This document shows, piece after piece, positions 23,316 through 34,916 of a DNA stretch of 39,601 nucleotides. Position 1 is the first letter of the stretch. Each line of letters starts with the position of its first letter. The DNA comes from Macrostomum lignano (lineage: Eukaryota). Under the pieces are notes generated by a model that worked only from the letters and a program-made list of their open reading frames with translations, was not told where the DNA came from and made no database searches. Location of the stretch: assembly GCA_002269645.1 (NCBI GenBank), contig NIVC01002187.1:1-39601 (forward strand), read 5' to 3'. The translations under genes and the position numbers were made by a program.

Positions 23316-26300
23316 CACGGTTAGGCTGGGCACTGATATTGGGGAAAAAATTGCCACAAGATGGCACCTATGTACCATTAAACTACTGCCTTTCTGTAGT
23401 TCAGAAAGCCCACTCATTAAAATTCATGTGCCTATCTTTGTGTACAATCTGTGTACAATTGCTCTCATTAATTGCTCTCGTTAATAAGACAAGCAGAAAT
23501 TTTTAGCAAGTGACAGACTTAATGTATACTTGTACAAAAAAGAGTACAAGATTACAAGAAGTTTATTTAGGTTAATGTTTGTGTAGTATTATTGCTTGTT
23601 TTACTTGTTAACTAGCTTGTAAGTTAGTAAGTTAAATAATTTTACGATTTCTAACATTACAAATTGTTTACATTTAAATACTCAGAAACAGCATGGGTTT
23701 TATAGAAAAATTTCGAAATAACTATATTCTTATTTGTGTAGCAAGTTCCTCAAATATTAACCAGAACTACATGCATTTCTGCAATAATATTGCAAGGTAC
23801 GCTCGTATTAGCATATAAAGTAGCAAAAGTATGAAAGCTTTCTACAGTACGGGAGCTTGCAAAAATTTTAGTATTTTAAATTTATAGGGTCCTTTGAATA
23901 CTACTTTACTGTAAGACTAACAACCACTGCCATTTCTTTTACCAGTAAAGCAGAAAACCGAGTTACCGGGATTAAATGTGGTGGCTGTTGTAAGCAACCA
24001 CGGCGCGCAAAAGATTTTGGCCAAACTCAGCATGGTGCGCTGGCAGGCTGTACCGTGACCACGTTTTGGCAAAATCAGAGTGAACACTCTCCACTGCTTG
24101 CTCGCTGCAGCTGCCAAGCGCTTGCCCTGTCCGCCGGCAGAACTCTCCAACATGGCAAAAGACAACGTGAACTTTTGGGGTGACAGGTAAGCTTAAGCTC
24201 ATGTAGGCCAGTCGAAAATTCTCAATTGCCTCTTCAAAGTCTGCCGCCAATTCGGTTCCAAAGGCGCTGCTGACCAGCCGATCGAACGCCATCAGACACG
24301 CCCCGTACGGCTGTAATGGTGGAGGCAGATCAGCGTGAAGCTGCGGTGATTTGCGGAGCAGCTGGCGGCAGGCGTTTCCTTCCATCATGCCACCTCTGTA
24401 ATCAGCTCGAATAATGCCATGCTGATGAGCCCACTCGAACGCGCGATTCGCACCCCAAGCTTCGTTGAGCTTGTCCAGCAGTCGGTTGCTGACTCCAAGG
24501 AGCAGGTGCAGCTCAGGTGGCGGCAGAAGCATCAAAACTTCTTTGTCATCATCGCCTGGTAGCAGTGGCATGTTGACACAGTTTTTAAAGTTCTTTGCCT
24601 TTGCACGAACTTGGCCAGCTGCTTGAAACTGCTGAGCAAACTGCCGAATTCTCCCAAGAGTTCTTGGCACACCATTTTCTGTAAGAGGAGCCAGAGCTTC
24701 GCAATAGGGGCACGGATGTGTACAGGAATGAGGTTGCAGTCCGCAGATGATGTTTGCAACTTTCATATCTGCAGTGACTGGGATTTGAAGTTCGTTGACA
24801 GCGATCGCCTCTAGCAGAGCCTGAATATTTCCGTAAGTCTCAGGAACGTCGTTGACGATCGCAAGCAACAGGATCTTCTTGACACCCGTGTCACAGAATT
24901 TCCTGCTGTTGGCTCCTCGAGTTCCGATTTCGGGTTTTGCGTTAGAGCCAATTATCGAAACGCAAACTTTAAAAAATCCGCCGCCACCATCGAGACCCAG
25001 CAGACAGTGAAAATCATTGAAACTGCGTTGCTGAGCAACATGTGCAATGAGTTTGACCGAGTCGTTGCAGACAACAGTCGGGCGGCAAATAGTGTCGGCT
25101 GTTGCGGCAGTCGAGGTCAGCTCCGAGAACTGGAGATTCTGGATGTCGAAGTAATCCTCTAATGCTCGATTTTGCTGTACCAAAATTTTCTTCAAGTTTG
25201 ACTCGACTGCACGAGATGAGCTCGCGCCAGCACGAAGCACTTGAGCAGCCTGTAGCACTTGATTGTTGCTCAGATTCAGAGTTGTTTTCAAGTGCATCAT
25301 AGTGTCCGTCCTCGTTGGAGGAAAGCTCGCACTGCTGTTTTGAGCAACATGCACAGCAACTCGAATCGGATGGCCGCCTCGATGTCTGGCCAGAGTGATC
25401 GAATTCGAATCCGCCGTCGACCCACCCGTCTTTTCGGCAATGCAGTTGCTGGCCAGCATCTCCCTTGTCCTTGGGCTGACTGTTTGCTCGATGTTAGTCA
25501 CCTTAGCTGTCGAGTTGCATTTGTGCTGTTTGCCACGCCCAACTGGAGAATGACAGTATGAGCAGGAAAGCACAGCCGTTGCTCCTTCAGCTGGTGCTGG
25601 GGATCTTTCGCGTGGTCGACCAGGTGGGGCTCGAGCAGGACCTGTTGTGTAAGGCGTCTTTGGATCGCTGCCTTTGTGGTGATTGCCACGAGCCATTTCG
25701 CACAGTTGGCAGTTGCAATCCGGTCTGCTTCTGGTGGCTGGAGGCAGACTCTTCATGTCGGCTATTATCTTCTCGTAATCTGGTCGCGGTGGCAGAGCAC
25801 GAGGCGTCAGACTTCTTAGTGACGATAAAACGCGCCTGCAGCCCTGGCAAACTCCTTCAGGTAGAAAGTGCCGCACTGCCTCGTAGTCCTGGAACAAGTC
25901 GGCTGCCACGGATTCGAAATTAGAGCAAGAAGAAATCAGCGCAGAAGCTCGTCTCAAGCAGAGCAGGCACAAACTTTGCCTGTTCTCGTTATGAGTTTTT
26001 TTTGTCGTTGGCATTGTAGACAGTACAAGCTATGCAAACAGCTCTTTCAGTTCAGGCACTCGCTTGTTTTAGATCAAATAGAACTAGATCAAACCTTTAT
26101 AAGTAAATTGAGCAGTATGATAACCAAGTTAACGCACCTGGCAGAAATATTACAAAGCAATTATAGATAAGATACTACTGTGTTATTACTATTGATAAAT
26201 TCCTCTTTATGACTGCAATTATAAGGCATAAGCTACCTGTGGTGCAGCGTTTTATTGCTCAAGCAGATATGGGGCAATATTTACTCCCAAAGTCCTTTGT

Positions 26301-26522
26301 GGTCTATTCATAATTATCATCTGATTAGCAAAAATTCTATTAGAGCAATAAAATATTTTGTTTTAAAGTGTACCGAAACATATAGTGCCATACACAGCAA
26401 AGATAGGCACATGAATTTTAATGAGTGGGCTTTCCAAACTACAGAAAGGCAGTAGTTTAATGGCACATAGGTGCCGTCTTGTGGCAATTTTTTCCTCAAT
26501 ATCAGTGCCCAGCCTAACCGTG
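23316..26522 (-). mobile_element. Complete Chapaev-type (CMC group) DNA transposon, 3207 bp
   Basis: 125-bp TIRs (23316-23440 and 26398-26522) starting CACGGTTAGGCTGGGCACTG with 5 mismatches. Perfect 4-bp TSD AGGC (23312-23315 and 26523-26526). CAC...GTG termini with a 4-bp TSD are the Chapaev hallmark. Single internal transposase ORF. Confidence 0.92.
23972..26014 (-). CDS. Chapaev-type DDE transposase, 680 aa, uninterrupted
   Basis: N-terminal H-X7-CX2C...P-X3-CX2C...CxCX2C (Chapa/RAG1-N-like zinc finger), AT-hook-like PGRPR, and CSYC...H.C. Catalytic-region motifs GLDGG, ADMKVANIICGLQ...HPCPYC, PPELHLLLG, GGMMEGNACRQL, TPKVH...H..F, LGSCSEQAVESVHSDF parallel the Chapaev DLK/LH/KxH/EQGERFHQD motifs. 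Confidence 0.9.
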   Translation of the reverse strand: MPTTKKTHNENRQSLCLLCLRRASALISSCSNFESVAADLFQDYEAVRHFLPEGVCQGCRRVLSSLRSLTPRALPPRPDYEKIIADMKSLPPATRSRPDCNCQLCEMARGNHHKGSDPKTPYTTGPARAPPGRPRERSPAPAEGATAVLSCSYCHSPVGRGKQHKCNSTAKVTNIEQTVSPRTREMLASNCIAEKTGGSTADSNSITLARHRGGHPIRVAVHVAQNSSASFPPTRTDTMMHLKTTLNLSNNQVLQAAQVLRAGASSSRAVESNLKKILVQQNRALEDYFDIQNLQFSELTSTAATADTICRPTVVCNDSVKLIAHVAQQRSFNDFHCLLGLDGGGGFFKVCVSIIGSNAKPEIGTRGANSRKFCDTGVKKILLLAIVNDVPETYGNIQALLEAIAVNELQIPVTADMKVANIICGLQPHSCTHPCPYCEALAPLTENGVPRTLGRIRQFAQQFQAAGQVRAKAKNFKNCVNMPLLPGDDDKEVLMLLPPPELHLLLGVSNRLLDKLNEAWGANRAFEWAHQHGIIRADYRGGMMEGNACRQLLRKSPQLHADLPPPLQPYGACLMAFDRLVSSAFGTELAADFEEAIENFRLAYMSLSLPVTPKVHVVFCHVGEFCRRTGQALGSCSEQAVESVHSDFAKTWSRYSLPAHHAEFGQNLLRAVVAYNSHHI

Positions 26523-26639
26523 AGGCGCCCTCAGATGCGCCCTGTACTATACGCTGCAATTGTTTTAAAAACGATATTACAACATTTGGTGTTGTTGTTC
26601 ATGACTATGGTGCTGCTGTTGTTGCTGTTGTTGAATGTG

Positions 26640-27790
26640 AATATCATGCGTCGTTGTATGTCAACGGATCGAGCATGCATCCCTCTCAGGCGATCCACTT
26701 ACTGCGGGTGAGCCGCCCTGGGGAAATTTACCACCATATCCTCTCCTTTTTCAGGTCAGAGACTGACTCCATCCCTAGTCTTTTGTGGAGGCCGTCCCAA
26801 CGTGCACAACTCCACCATTGGTCTTTATTATCTTCGCTTTCTCCGCAGTCCTCACAGGCATCCACCGGCTCCAAACCGACCTTTTGCCTCCAATATCTGG
26901 TATGAGTACATCTGCAGTGCCCTGTCCTTGGCTGTGCCAACAACGTACGTTGCAGTCTTTCTACCGACGTCGGGCTGCTCAATCTTGCTGCTGTAAGCTG
27001 CTCTTAGTCGTGCGTAGAACGCATCGGATCTCCAGCTGTTTCTCAGGTAGCTGAGAGCTGCTTCGTTGTTTCGTTGTTTCGTTGTCCGGGATCCCCATAC
27101 ATGTACATTTATGGCCTGGGATCCACTGGATCGTGACATACGACGGGTCTATGAAATTGACTGCGAGATCGAACTTTGCACAGAACTTTAAACTTCGTAA
27201 CAAGAACTCTAGATCCTCAAATTTCGCTTCTACGCTCGTAAATCTCTCATTTTAACAAGGAATCCTTAATTTCTTTACTCCTTAGTGCTGTTAGGGACTG
27301 GTTTGAGGATTTCTGGGCTCCGGGTCGCGTGATCAATAGAACCAGTTACCAGATATGTGATTAAAAGATGTGAATCCATGTACTTTAGGTGTCTAATTAA
27401 GGTAATATTGAGTATAGCGCATTGCTAGCCAGTATAGATTTACTGTTTAAACTTTTTAATAGTCGTCAATACATTGAATTAATGTGGGTGAAATGCAACT
27501 GTGGGCAAACTTCCATGGGCAATCTTCCCGAAGGAAAATTTCGTACTCCCTGACAAGTACCACCATTTGTTCACCTTATTTCTCAACTTTTGATCAGCCT
27601 GGCCGTTGGCCGACTGGCTCTTGCTTCGGGTGACTCTTTCTCTCGCTGTAGTCATGATGGCGGCTTTGCTATCAGTCAGAATGAGGGCGCTGTTTGGTAT
27701 CCGGCTCTTCGATAATGTCCAGCTAGGGCCAGGGTAACGCCGTCTTCTCTGCCACAATTTCGCCTGCCACAGCCAATTTTCCGAGCTCCT
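26640..27790 (-). mobile_element. Decayed 5'-truncated RNase-H-bearing LINE, split by a ~430-bp AT-rich insertion
   Basis: Minus-strand motifs in order: AEKTAL (~27740), ALILTDSKAAI (~27660-27690), [insertion ~27140-27560], YVTIQWIPGH..GIPDNE (~27085-27140), degenerate knuckle CEDCGESEDNKDQWWSC (~26810-26860). CAA-rich tail-like tract at ~26590-26635. Confidence 0.72.
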
Positions 27791-27872
27791 TGGCGTCGTT
27801 TTACGTGCAGACGCTCGCCGCTCCTCCGTTTCTTTCCGTCACCATCCACCTAACCGTCGTGCACCATCACCA

Positions 27873-27873
27873 G

Positions 27874-27919
<46 letters not shown>

Positions 27920-27922
27920 CGT

Positions 27923-27977
<55 letters not shown>

Positions 27978-28109
27978 GCTGTTGTTGTTTTTGTTGTTGT
28001 TGTTGTTGTTTTTGGTTTTGTTGTTGTTTTTGTTGTTGTTTTTGTCGTCGTTGTTGTTGTTGTTGTCGTTGTTGCTGTTGTTGTTGTTGTTGCTGTCGTT
28101 GTTGTTGTT
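27873..28109. repeat. (TTG)n/(CAA)n microsatellite, about 80 units, imperfect
   Basis: Directly visible. The poly-L, poly-Q and poly-N ORFs are its shadows. Confidence 0.98.
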
Positions 28110-28177
28110 CATGATGGATGGGGATGCTGTTGATATTGATATTGGACAACATATTTTGTCAGGGAAGTCAGGATATT

Positions 28178-28282
28178 AGAGAGTCAGAGAATCGGATCGG
28201 AGAGTCAGCTGGGGAATCAGAGAGTCAGCTGGGGAATCGGAGAGACAGGGAATCGGAGAGTCAGCTGGGGAATCGAGAGACC
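28178..28282. repeat. Short array of the GAGAGTCAG(CTG)GGGAATC repeat family
   Basis: About five units of the same family as 30369-31435. Confidence 0.85.
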
Positions 28283-29542
28283 CTGCGTGATTGCTTTAAG
28301 TGTAACTGCGTATTTTCTCTTTTTATGAATTAAGAAAATTTACTCTGTGTATTCAACGAAAAATTTCAGCTCTACCATGCCCTTAGTTCCAAAATTAAAT
28401 AAATAAATCGCAGACAATTGTCATTAGCATGCTATGCAGAATCGCGCAACAAGAAGCAGATTAGGATGGAAAGCTTTTTTACTGTAAGCGATTCCAGAAA
28501 CAGTCAAGTTCTAGCGTAATTTGCATACAAGAAGCAAGCAGGCCGTTTGTTTTCTACAGCACAAACTTCATGTCTGCGGCTGTGGCTGCAAAAATGCATG
28601 CAGTAAAAAACATTCTTTTGCTTTCTTATTTTTCTGTGCTTTGATTTTGCCTGTTGCAACTACATGCGTTTTGGTTTGGATCGACCTTACACTGTTAAGT
28701 GCAAGTTTTGTTGCGTCCCACAGGCCAGCGGAATATACATGTACGACTGTAGCGGTTCGCTGCTTTCGAAGACGAGTTGCAAATTGGTCGGTCGACGCGG
28801 AGAAATTAGAGGGGCTGTATAAAGCTGCGGCGCTTGGGTAGCAATTGCTTGAACAACTCCTGCGGACGTTTGTCCATGCAGCCGTTTTCTGGGGCCCACG
28901 CCTATCCCAGCTGGTTCTTTATCCAACAAGGGGCGCTCCCCTCCAATGAACCCCCCCCCCAAGCTCCCCCCAGGCGCACGTGTTTCTTCCGTATTTTCTG
29001 AAGCAGCTACAGCTGCAGCGCACATTCAATACACACACACATGGGCACACACACCACACCACTTACCAATGCGCTCGTAATGGCTGGCTTGGCTCGCGCA
29101 ATAGTTGCATGCCTGCCATCGAGGCGGCGAAGCCACTCGACCCCGGTCCGACCCATCCGATATCCTCATCCTCCTATGACTGTTTTCTTCCCAAGAAGCG
29201 TATTCCGAACCTATCTCTCTCCCCCGACCTACCGACCTGTGGCTGCCAACCAGCCTATAAGCTAATAATCCCCGGGTCCGCCCTCGCTGCACTGGTGGGG
29301 GCCAACCGCACACCGTTAAAATCCCAAACATGCCGTCGATGTGGCGGCCAGCGTAGAGAGGGCGTAGTAATCTGCAAAATTGCTCCCCCCATTTCATAAC
29401 ACTGTTATATAGCAACTCTTTTTGCTGCAGGTGATTTTATTCCATTGGTATAGAACATGTGCTGAATTTTTAACAATCGCTTAAGCTTATTCCACTCGAA
29501 GTGCAACTAAACTTCTGCAAATCAATAGCTGCACGCAAAATC

Positions 29543-29650
29543 ATGTCTGACGATGAGGTCGAACATCGGCAGTCCGCTCTCGCCAACGGCTATTCGTGGT
29601 GCAACAATTTTAACAAAACTCCACGCGTCTACGTTGAAATTCAAGTGCCG
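29543..29650 (+). CDS. Candidate first coding exon of the p130Cas/BCAR1-family gene (MSDDEVEH...VYVEIQVP)
   Basis: ATG in AAAATCATG context, 36 codons, then a consensus donor CCG|GTGAGT in phase 0, compatible with the phase-0 SH3 exon at 38530. Cas-family genes have a short first exon spliced directly before the SH3. The link is inferred, not proven. Confidence 0.5.
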
Positions 29651-30368
29651 GTGAGTATCTTGGCTGCATGGTACAATGGTTCCGCACACGGATGCAACAC
29701 AGGGTTTACAGCGGTCCTGACTTTTGGGCAGCCATGTACGCTCTCTGTGCTGTTAGCGACGTTCAGCCGATGTATGACTTCGTTATCCATCAATGAACGG
29801 ATTCCCCTGCATGCATTCTCGAGCCGTAGGGGCGATAATAATTACGGTGCAAACTCTTATCCTCAATCGAACCTCGACCTAGATTATACATGTATTGCTA
29901 TCCAGCAATAGGAGCGTCACTCATACAGGGGCAGTGTAGTGTGAGCGGGCAGACAGACAAGCAAGGCCTCTTTTCGCAGCAACCAAGCGATCGCGATTAT
30001 GGTTAACTATGTTAAAAAATGATGCAATAAACTAGACATTCCCTTGACCAATCCCTTGGCTGAAATGCGAGCGTATAAGGTCGATGAGTCACCGCGCGTG
30101 CATAGCTGCGCGGTTTCGACTATCGTTCCGATACTTTCTGTGTGGGGGTTGCAGAAGGCGGTCGTAGCTTTTTAAAGCCAGTTAAATGCGTTGGATTTAG
30201 TATGGTGAAACTCTTGATATAACTTGGATGGTCGAGTTTCTGTTCAGAGATAAACAAGCTAAAGCCGAACATATAGATATTGTTTCAAATAATTAGTAGA
30301 AGACAAAGATGCGCATTTACATGAACATGTATACCGTCTGTATGTACACTCTCTACGCCGTGGGGGTC

Positions 30369-31435
30369 AGGGCCTCGGAGAGTCAGAAAATCCGGGAATC
30401 CGGGAATCAGACTCAGGGAATTAGAGACTCATGGAATCAAAGTCGGGGAAACAGAGAGTCAGGGAAACGAGAGTCAACTGGGAAATGGGAGAGTCAGCTG
30501 GGGAATGGGAGAGTCAGCTGGGGAATGGGAGAGTCAGCTGGGTAATGGGAGAGTCAGCTGGGGAATGGGAGAGTCAGCTGGGGAATGGGAGAGTCAGCTG
30601 GGGAATGGGAGAGTCAGCTGGGGAATGGGAGAGTCAGCTGGGGAATGGGAGAGTCAGCTGGGGAATGGGAGAGTCAGCTGGGGAATGGGAGAGTCAGCTG
30701 GGGAATGGGAGAGTCAGCTGGGGAATGGGAGAGTCAGCTGGGGAATGGGAGAGTCAGCTGGGGAATGGGAGAGTCAGCTGGGGAATGGGAGAGTCAGCTA
30801 GAGAATCGGAGAGTCAGGGAATCGGAGAGTCAGCTAGAGAATCGAAGAGTCAGGGAATCGAGAGTCGGGGAATCGGAGAGTCAGGGAATCGGAGAGTCAG
30901 GGAATCGGAGAGTCAGGGAATCGGAGAGTCAGGGAATCGGAGAGTCAGGGAATCGGAGAGTCAAGGAATCGGAGTGTCAGGGAATCGGAGAGTCAGGGAA
31001 TCGAAGAGTCAGGGAATGGTAGAGTCAGGAAATGGTAGAGTCAGGGAATCGGAGAGTCAGGGAATGGTAGAGTCAGGAAATGGTAGAGTCAGGGAATCGG
31101 AGAGTCAGGTAATCGGAAAGTCAGGGAATCGGAGAGTCAGGGAATCGGAGAGTCAGGGAATGGTAGAGTGAGGGAATCGGAGAGTCAGGGAATCGGAGAA
31201 TCAGGGAATGGGAGAGTCAGGAAATGGTAGAGTCAGGGAATCGGAGAGTCAGGGAATCGGAGAGTCAGGGAATGCGAGAGTCAGGAAATGGTAGAGTCAG
31301 TGAATCGGAGAATCAGGGAATGGGAGAGTCAGGAAATGGTAGAATCAGGAAATCGGAGAGTCAGGGAATCGGAGAGTCAGGGAATCGGAGAGTCAGGGAA
31401 TGGGAGAGTCAGGGGATCAGAGAGTCAGGGATCCG
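30369..31435. repeat. Compound G-rich minisatellite: 20-bp GTCAGCTGGGGAATGGGAGA (~16 near-perfect copies, 30480-30800) grading into 16-bp GTCAGGGAATCGGAGA
   Basis: Directly visible; the 20-aa and 16-aa periodicities in the ORF translations confirm the unit lengths. Confidence 0.97.
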
Positions 31436-32492
31436 GTGAATATGGAATCTAAACGATGAGGGTTTTATGACCTTCTTCCTTTGTTGCCCCCCCTCCCCAA
31501 CGAAAGGCAGGCTGTGATTTCCAGCATAATTCTACAAGAAATAATTATCTCTTAAACAAAAGGCCATACAACTTTCGAACTTACGAAGCCCAGGTGCTCA
31601 AAAGCGAGCAAGCGATGGAATTGCATATATATATTTAATTTGCGTTTAAGACGGCACTCGATTTTGGTATTTCAAAGCCCAACAACCAAGGTGTAGAAAA
31701 GGAAACAATTTAATTGTAATATACAGTAAATTAATTAAACAAGGTAACTAAAAGAGAGCAATGTATTAATAGTTAAACTAAACGTCAGAGGTCAACGCGT
31801 ATTAAATCAGCACATACTACTGTAAGTAAAAGTGTTGTAACAAAAGTTTAGGAAAAATTCGTACAAGAAGTTGCAATTCAATTAAAATTGTTGAAATCTT
31901 TAAAATTACTGGTGACGGCAATAAAGCAGGGGGGAGTTCATTATTTATAAAAACAGCTACTTTATTCCTATTGAGTAATCTTGTAACATTATTTAATAAT
32001 TAATTAGGTTTGGGATAATATAGCATCAGTAAGGCGTAAGCTAATAGCTAATTAATAAATAAATAGCATAGTAACGGTAGGAATATAAATAGTAAAACAA
32101 ATACATTCATTTGCACGAAAAAATTGATGACCAACCAGCGAGTGAACTACGAGATAAAAAAACTGCTTTGCCTTTAGTGTTGATACAATCAGGATTTGTT
32201 GGAGATTAGTAGGTCAGGGACTCACTCACTCAGTGTCAATCACATACATGGATTAGAAAAAGTATATCATCTCATCGGTAGCAATTCTCAATAATTGAGT
32301 CCATCAGTCTAGCAGCGATAAATGACGGCTGAATTAAAAGTACTTCAGTTGCAATACTATTCGAATAGATCGAATGACCGATGAGTGACCGATGCCTATG
32401 ATGCCATTTAACCCCAGTTTACCCCTTATCAGGATTATTTACGTTATACGGTATATCAGGAGAGTTAATGCTGTGCTCTGAGCTCTGATCAT

Positions 32493-32849
32493 TCACTCCT
32501 TGCCGAGCGCCTTCTTCTCCTCGGCGATGGCCTCGGCGTCTGGCAGGCTGTTGCGCACGAGCGGGTCGACATGCTTCAGCGAGTGCTGGCCCTCGATCTC
32601 GGCTCGAAGCTGCATCTCCTGCCTCTCCTGGGCGATGTCGTCTGGGGATGGCAGTTGTACTTTCTCTTCGACCTTGACGTGATGTAGCTGGTGGTCCTGT
32701 TCGATTTCCTGGCGCAGCTGGACCTCTTTGCGTTCGCTTTCAACCTGCTCCTTGTCTGGCAGGTGGGTCTTCTCAGTTACCTCAACATGGTGCATCTGGT
32801 CCTTGTTGAACTTGTTGATGTCGGTCAGGACTGCATTCGGGTCGGCCAT
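32493..32849 (-). CDS. Multi-repeat beta-thymosin (three WH2/thymosin repeats; ciboulot/tetrathymosin-like), 118 aa, single coding exon
   Basis: Three repeats: LTDINKFNKDQMHHVEVTEKTHLPDKEQVESER, LRQEIEQDHQLHHVKVEEKVQLPSPDDIAQER and LRAEIEGQHSLKHVDPLVRNSLPDAEAIAEEK match the EI..F....LKH/KVET.EKN.LP..E.I..E pattern. Strong GC3 codon bias against an AT-rich background. Confidence 0.9.
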   Translation of the reverse strand: MADPNAVLTDINKFNKDQMHHVEVTEKTHLPDKEQVESERKEVQLRQEIEQDHQLHHVKVEEKVQLPSPDDIAQERQEMQLRAEIEGQHSLKHVDPLVRNSLPDAEAIAEEKKALGKE

Positions 32850-34916
32850 TTTGATAGGCTTTAATCCGTCTGTGTGATGTGCTAAAGCGCTATGCGGAAG
32901 GTCTGTTGTAAAATAAGGGCTTGGTGCTTTCTTGTACCGGAATGGAGCACACGATTATATGGTAGAAGTTAAGAAGTATAGGAAGGACAGAGGGTTAGAA
33001 AATCTATCGAGGACCACAGGCACCGTACAGTCTTGAATGTAGATACGCAGCTCTTCCTCGGGGTGAGTGGAGAGAAGAATGAGTGAGTCTCCGCGGGGCG
33101 GACACAATGTACAGTTATGTACATTCGTGACCGGGGGTTCAACTGCCGCGGACGAAAAAAACGGGGTGACTCGCTTTGCTGATTAGTTTTTGAAACCCCG
33201 CACTCGCCCGCCTGCTAGCGGGCTTGAGGAGAGGAGGAGATTTCTTCATGGGGGTGCTGGTGCTTCTTGCTGGCTGGGTCGATAATTCCTTAAACAGGGC
33301 CAGCATTATTAGTAAGCCAGCCTTGCTGTATAGATAATGTGTCAGTGTGTGCTATGTATACCACAGTTGTGTACCACAATCACAAGACTTGTTTATTTCC
33401 GCAGTTAATAACTTATTTATAGTGCGCACAAGGCAGATATACCATCGTATGAATAAATAGCCCGCTTGGTTGGTATTCGCGAATATATTACATGTAAAAG
33501 ACGCGCGCAGTTGTTTTAATTTAAATGCACTAGCATTTTAAATTAAAAGGTTGCAAAGGTCTCTCTGATAATAAAAAGAAAAGGTTTTATACTATAACAT
33601 TGGTAATGCCGATTGCCGACTTATCAGATAGAGGAAGCGCTCGTATTTTTAGCTCAAAAAGACACGATTATGAGTGAAACCGCGTGAAATCGAATTTTTT
33701 AAGAGCCAAACCTAATTTTGGTGTTAATTTCGCATTGGAAAACCTAACCAAGTAAAAATGTTAACAAAATTCAACTCGAAGGCCAAGCATAACCATAGGC
33801 ATAACTGCGCTATTGGTGATAAATAACTTCAATAAAATCAATTTGCTGTGTTGCTGCTCTTAAATCCAACACTTCAAGTGATATAATATTTTTATTCTAT
33901 TCTATTTGGTCGTTGTTCGTAAAGCATGCCTTGCTTCGCTCTCTCTGTGATAAAATACTAAAATAGGACAAATAGGATTCCTTGTCTTTGCTGACTTACA
34001 CTGCGCTAGTACTCGTATCTTTGCTGACAGGAAACCGGAGTCAAGCACAAAATGTAAGACGAGTCAGCTTACCATGCATTTCTCGCTCTGACGCTCTGAC
34101 CTCCCTCTGCTAAGCTGAACTTAGTCACGTGACACGAAAAACAGTTAAAGATTACCGACTTAGAAAAGATCGAAGGATTAGTGATTTTGTGATGAGTCAT
34201 TCACTTTCATCCACCCAGAACAGATCTTATGAGCTTGGTATATTTAGTGTAACATCAAATTTTGTGCCTACTTACAAGCTGTCGTAAGTAGCGTAGAATG
34301 AATATTTCTGCTATTTAATGATCAATCGCCTGGCTGCCCCAGTTTAATTGCACATTTTTAGCTAACGGAATGATACGGTTTGATAAATAAACTGCTAGCC
34401 TAAGACATGAAGGCTTCTAGCCAATGGTCACTGCACCTGTACACAGCTATGCCGCGGCGACCCTTATCAATCTAAAAGAAAGCGATTTATTAGCCTTAGT
34501 TGCACAGTGCCAACCATAATTACACGGGTTTATCTGCTTGTCCACATCAGCTGTGCTCGCATTGGCAGGTATAGGGCTGGCTGAAATTTTAAGGCCCAGC
34601 AAAACTGCATTAGAGACAGAGCCAGTAGTAGCTAAACAGGCTTTTAAATTACTGGCGCATTATTTATTTTTTTCTGAAATTAAATCTATTTAATTCCAAT
34701 CGTTTCTCTATTTTCGACAAAATAGGGCTGCCAAAATAACAAGAAGAGACTAGGCTTCAAAGACAAGGTGAACAAATTGGCTAATTAATAGTTTCATGGT
34801 AAGATCTACTAATTGTTCTAACTGTACTGTAGAGTTTCTTATTTAACATAGTCTATCCATTTTTTATATTCTGGGTTTAGGTCTTATTTCTGCTATTTCT
34901 GCTATTCTGCTATCTG

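Noticed and set aside
23316-23360. Chapaev TIR as an RSS-like heptamer/spacer/nonamer (CACGGTT...A-tract)
   Set aside because: The heptamer match is only 5/7, there is no nonamer at 12 or 23 bp, and both ends are symmetric, so there is no 12/23 arrangement. No RAG2-like ORF is present.
27790-28179. Poly-Leu, poly-Gln and poly-Asn ORFs
   Set aside because: Translations of the (TTG)n microsatellite with no flanking coding context.
34060-34135. Minus-strand ATG|GTAAG donor and palindromic E-box GTCACGTGAC as thymosin exon 1 and promoter
   Set aside because: Splicing to the 32903 acceptor gives an in-frame stop after six codons, and isolated short motifs are expected by chance.
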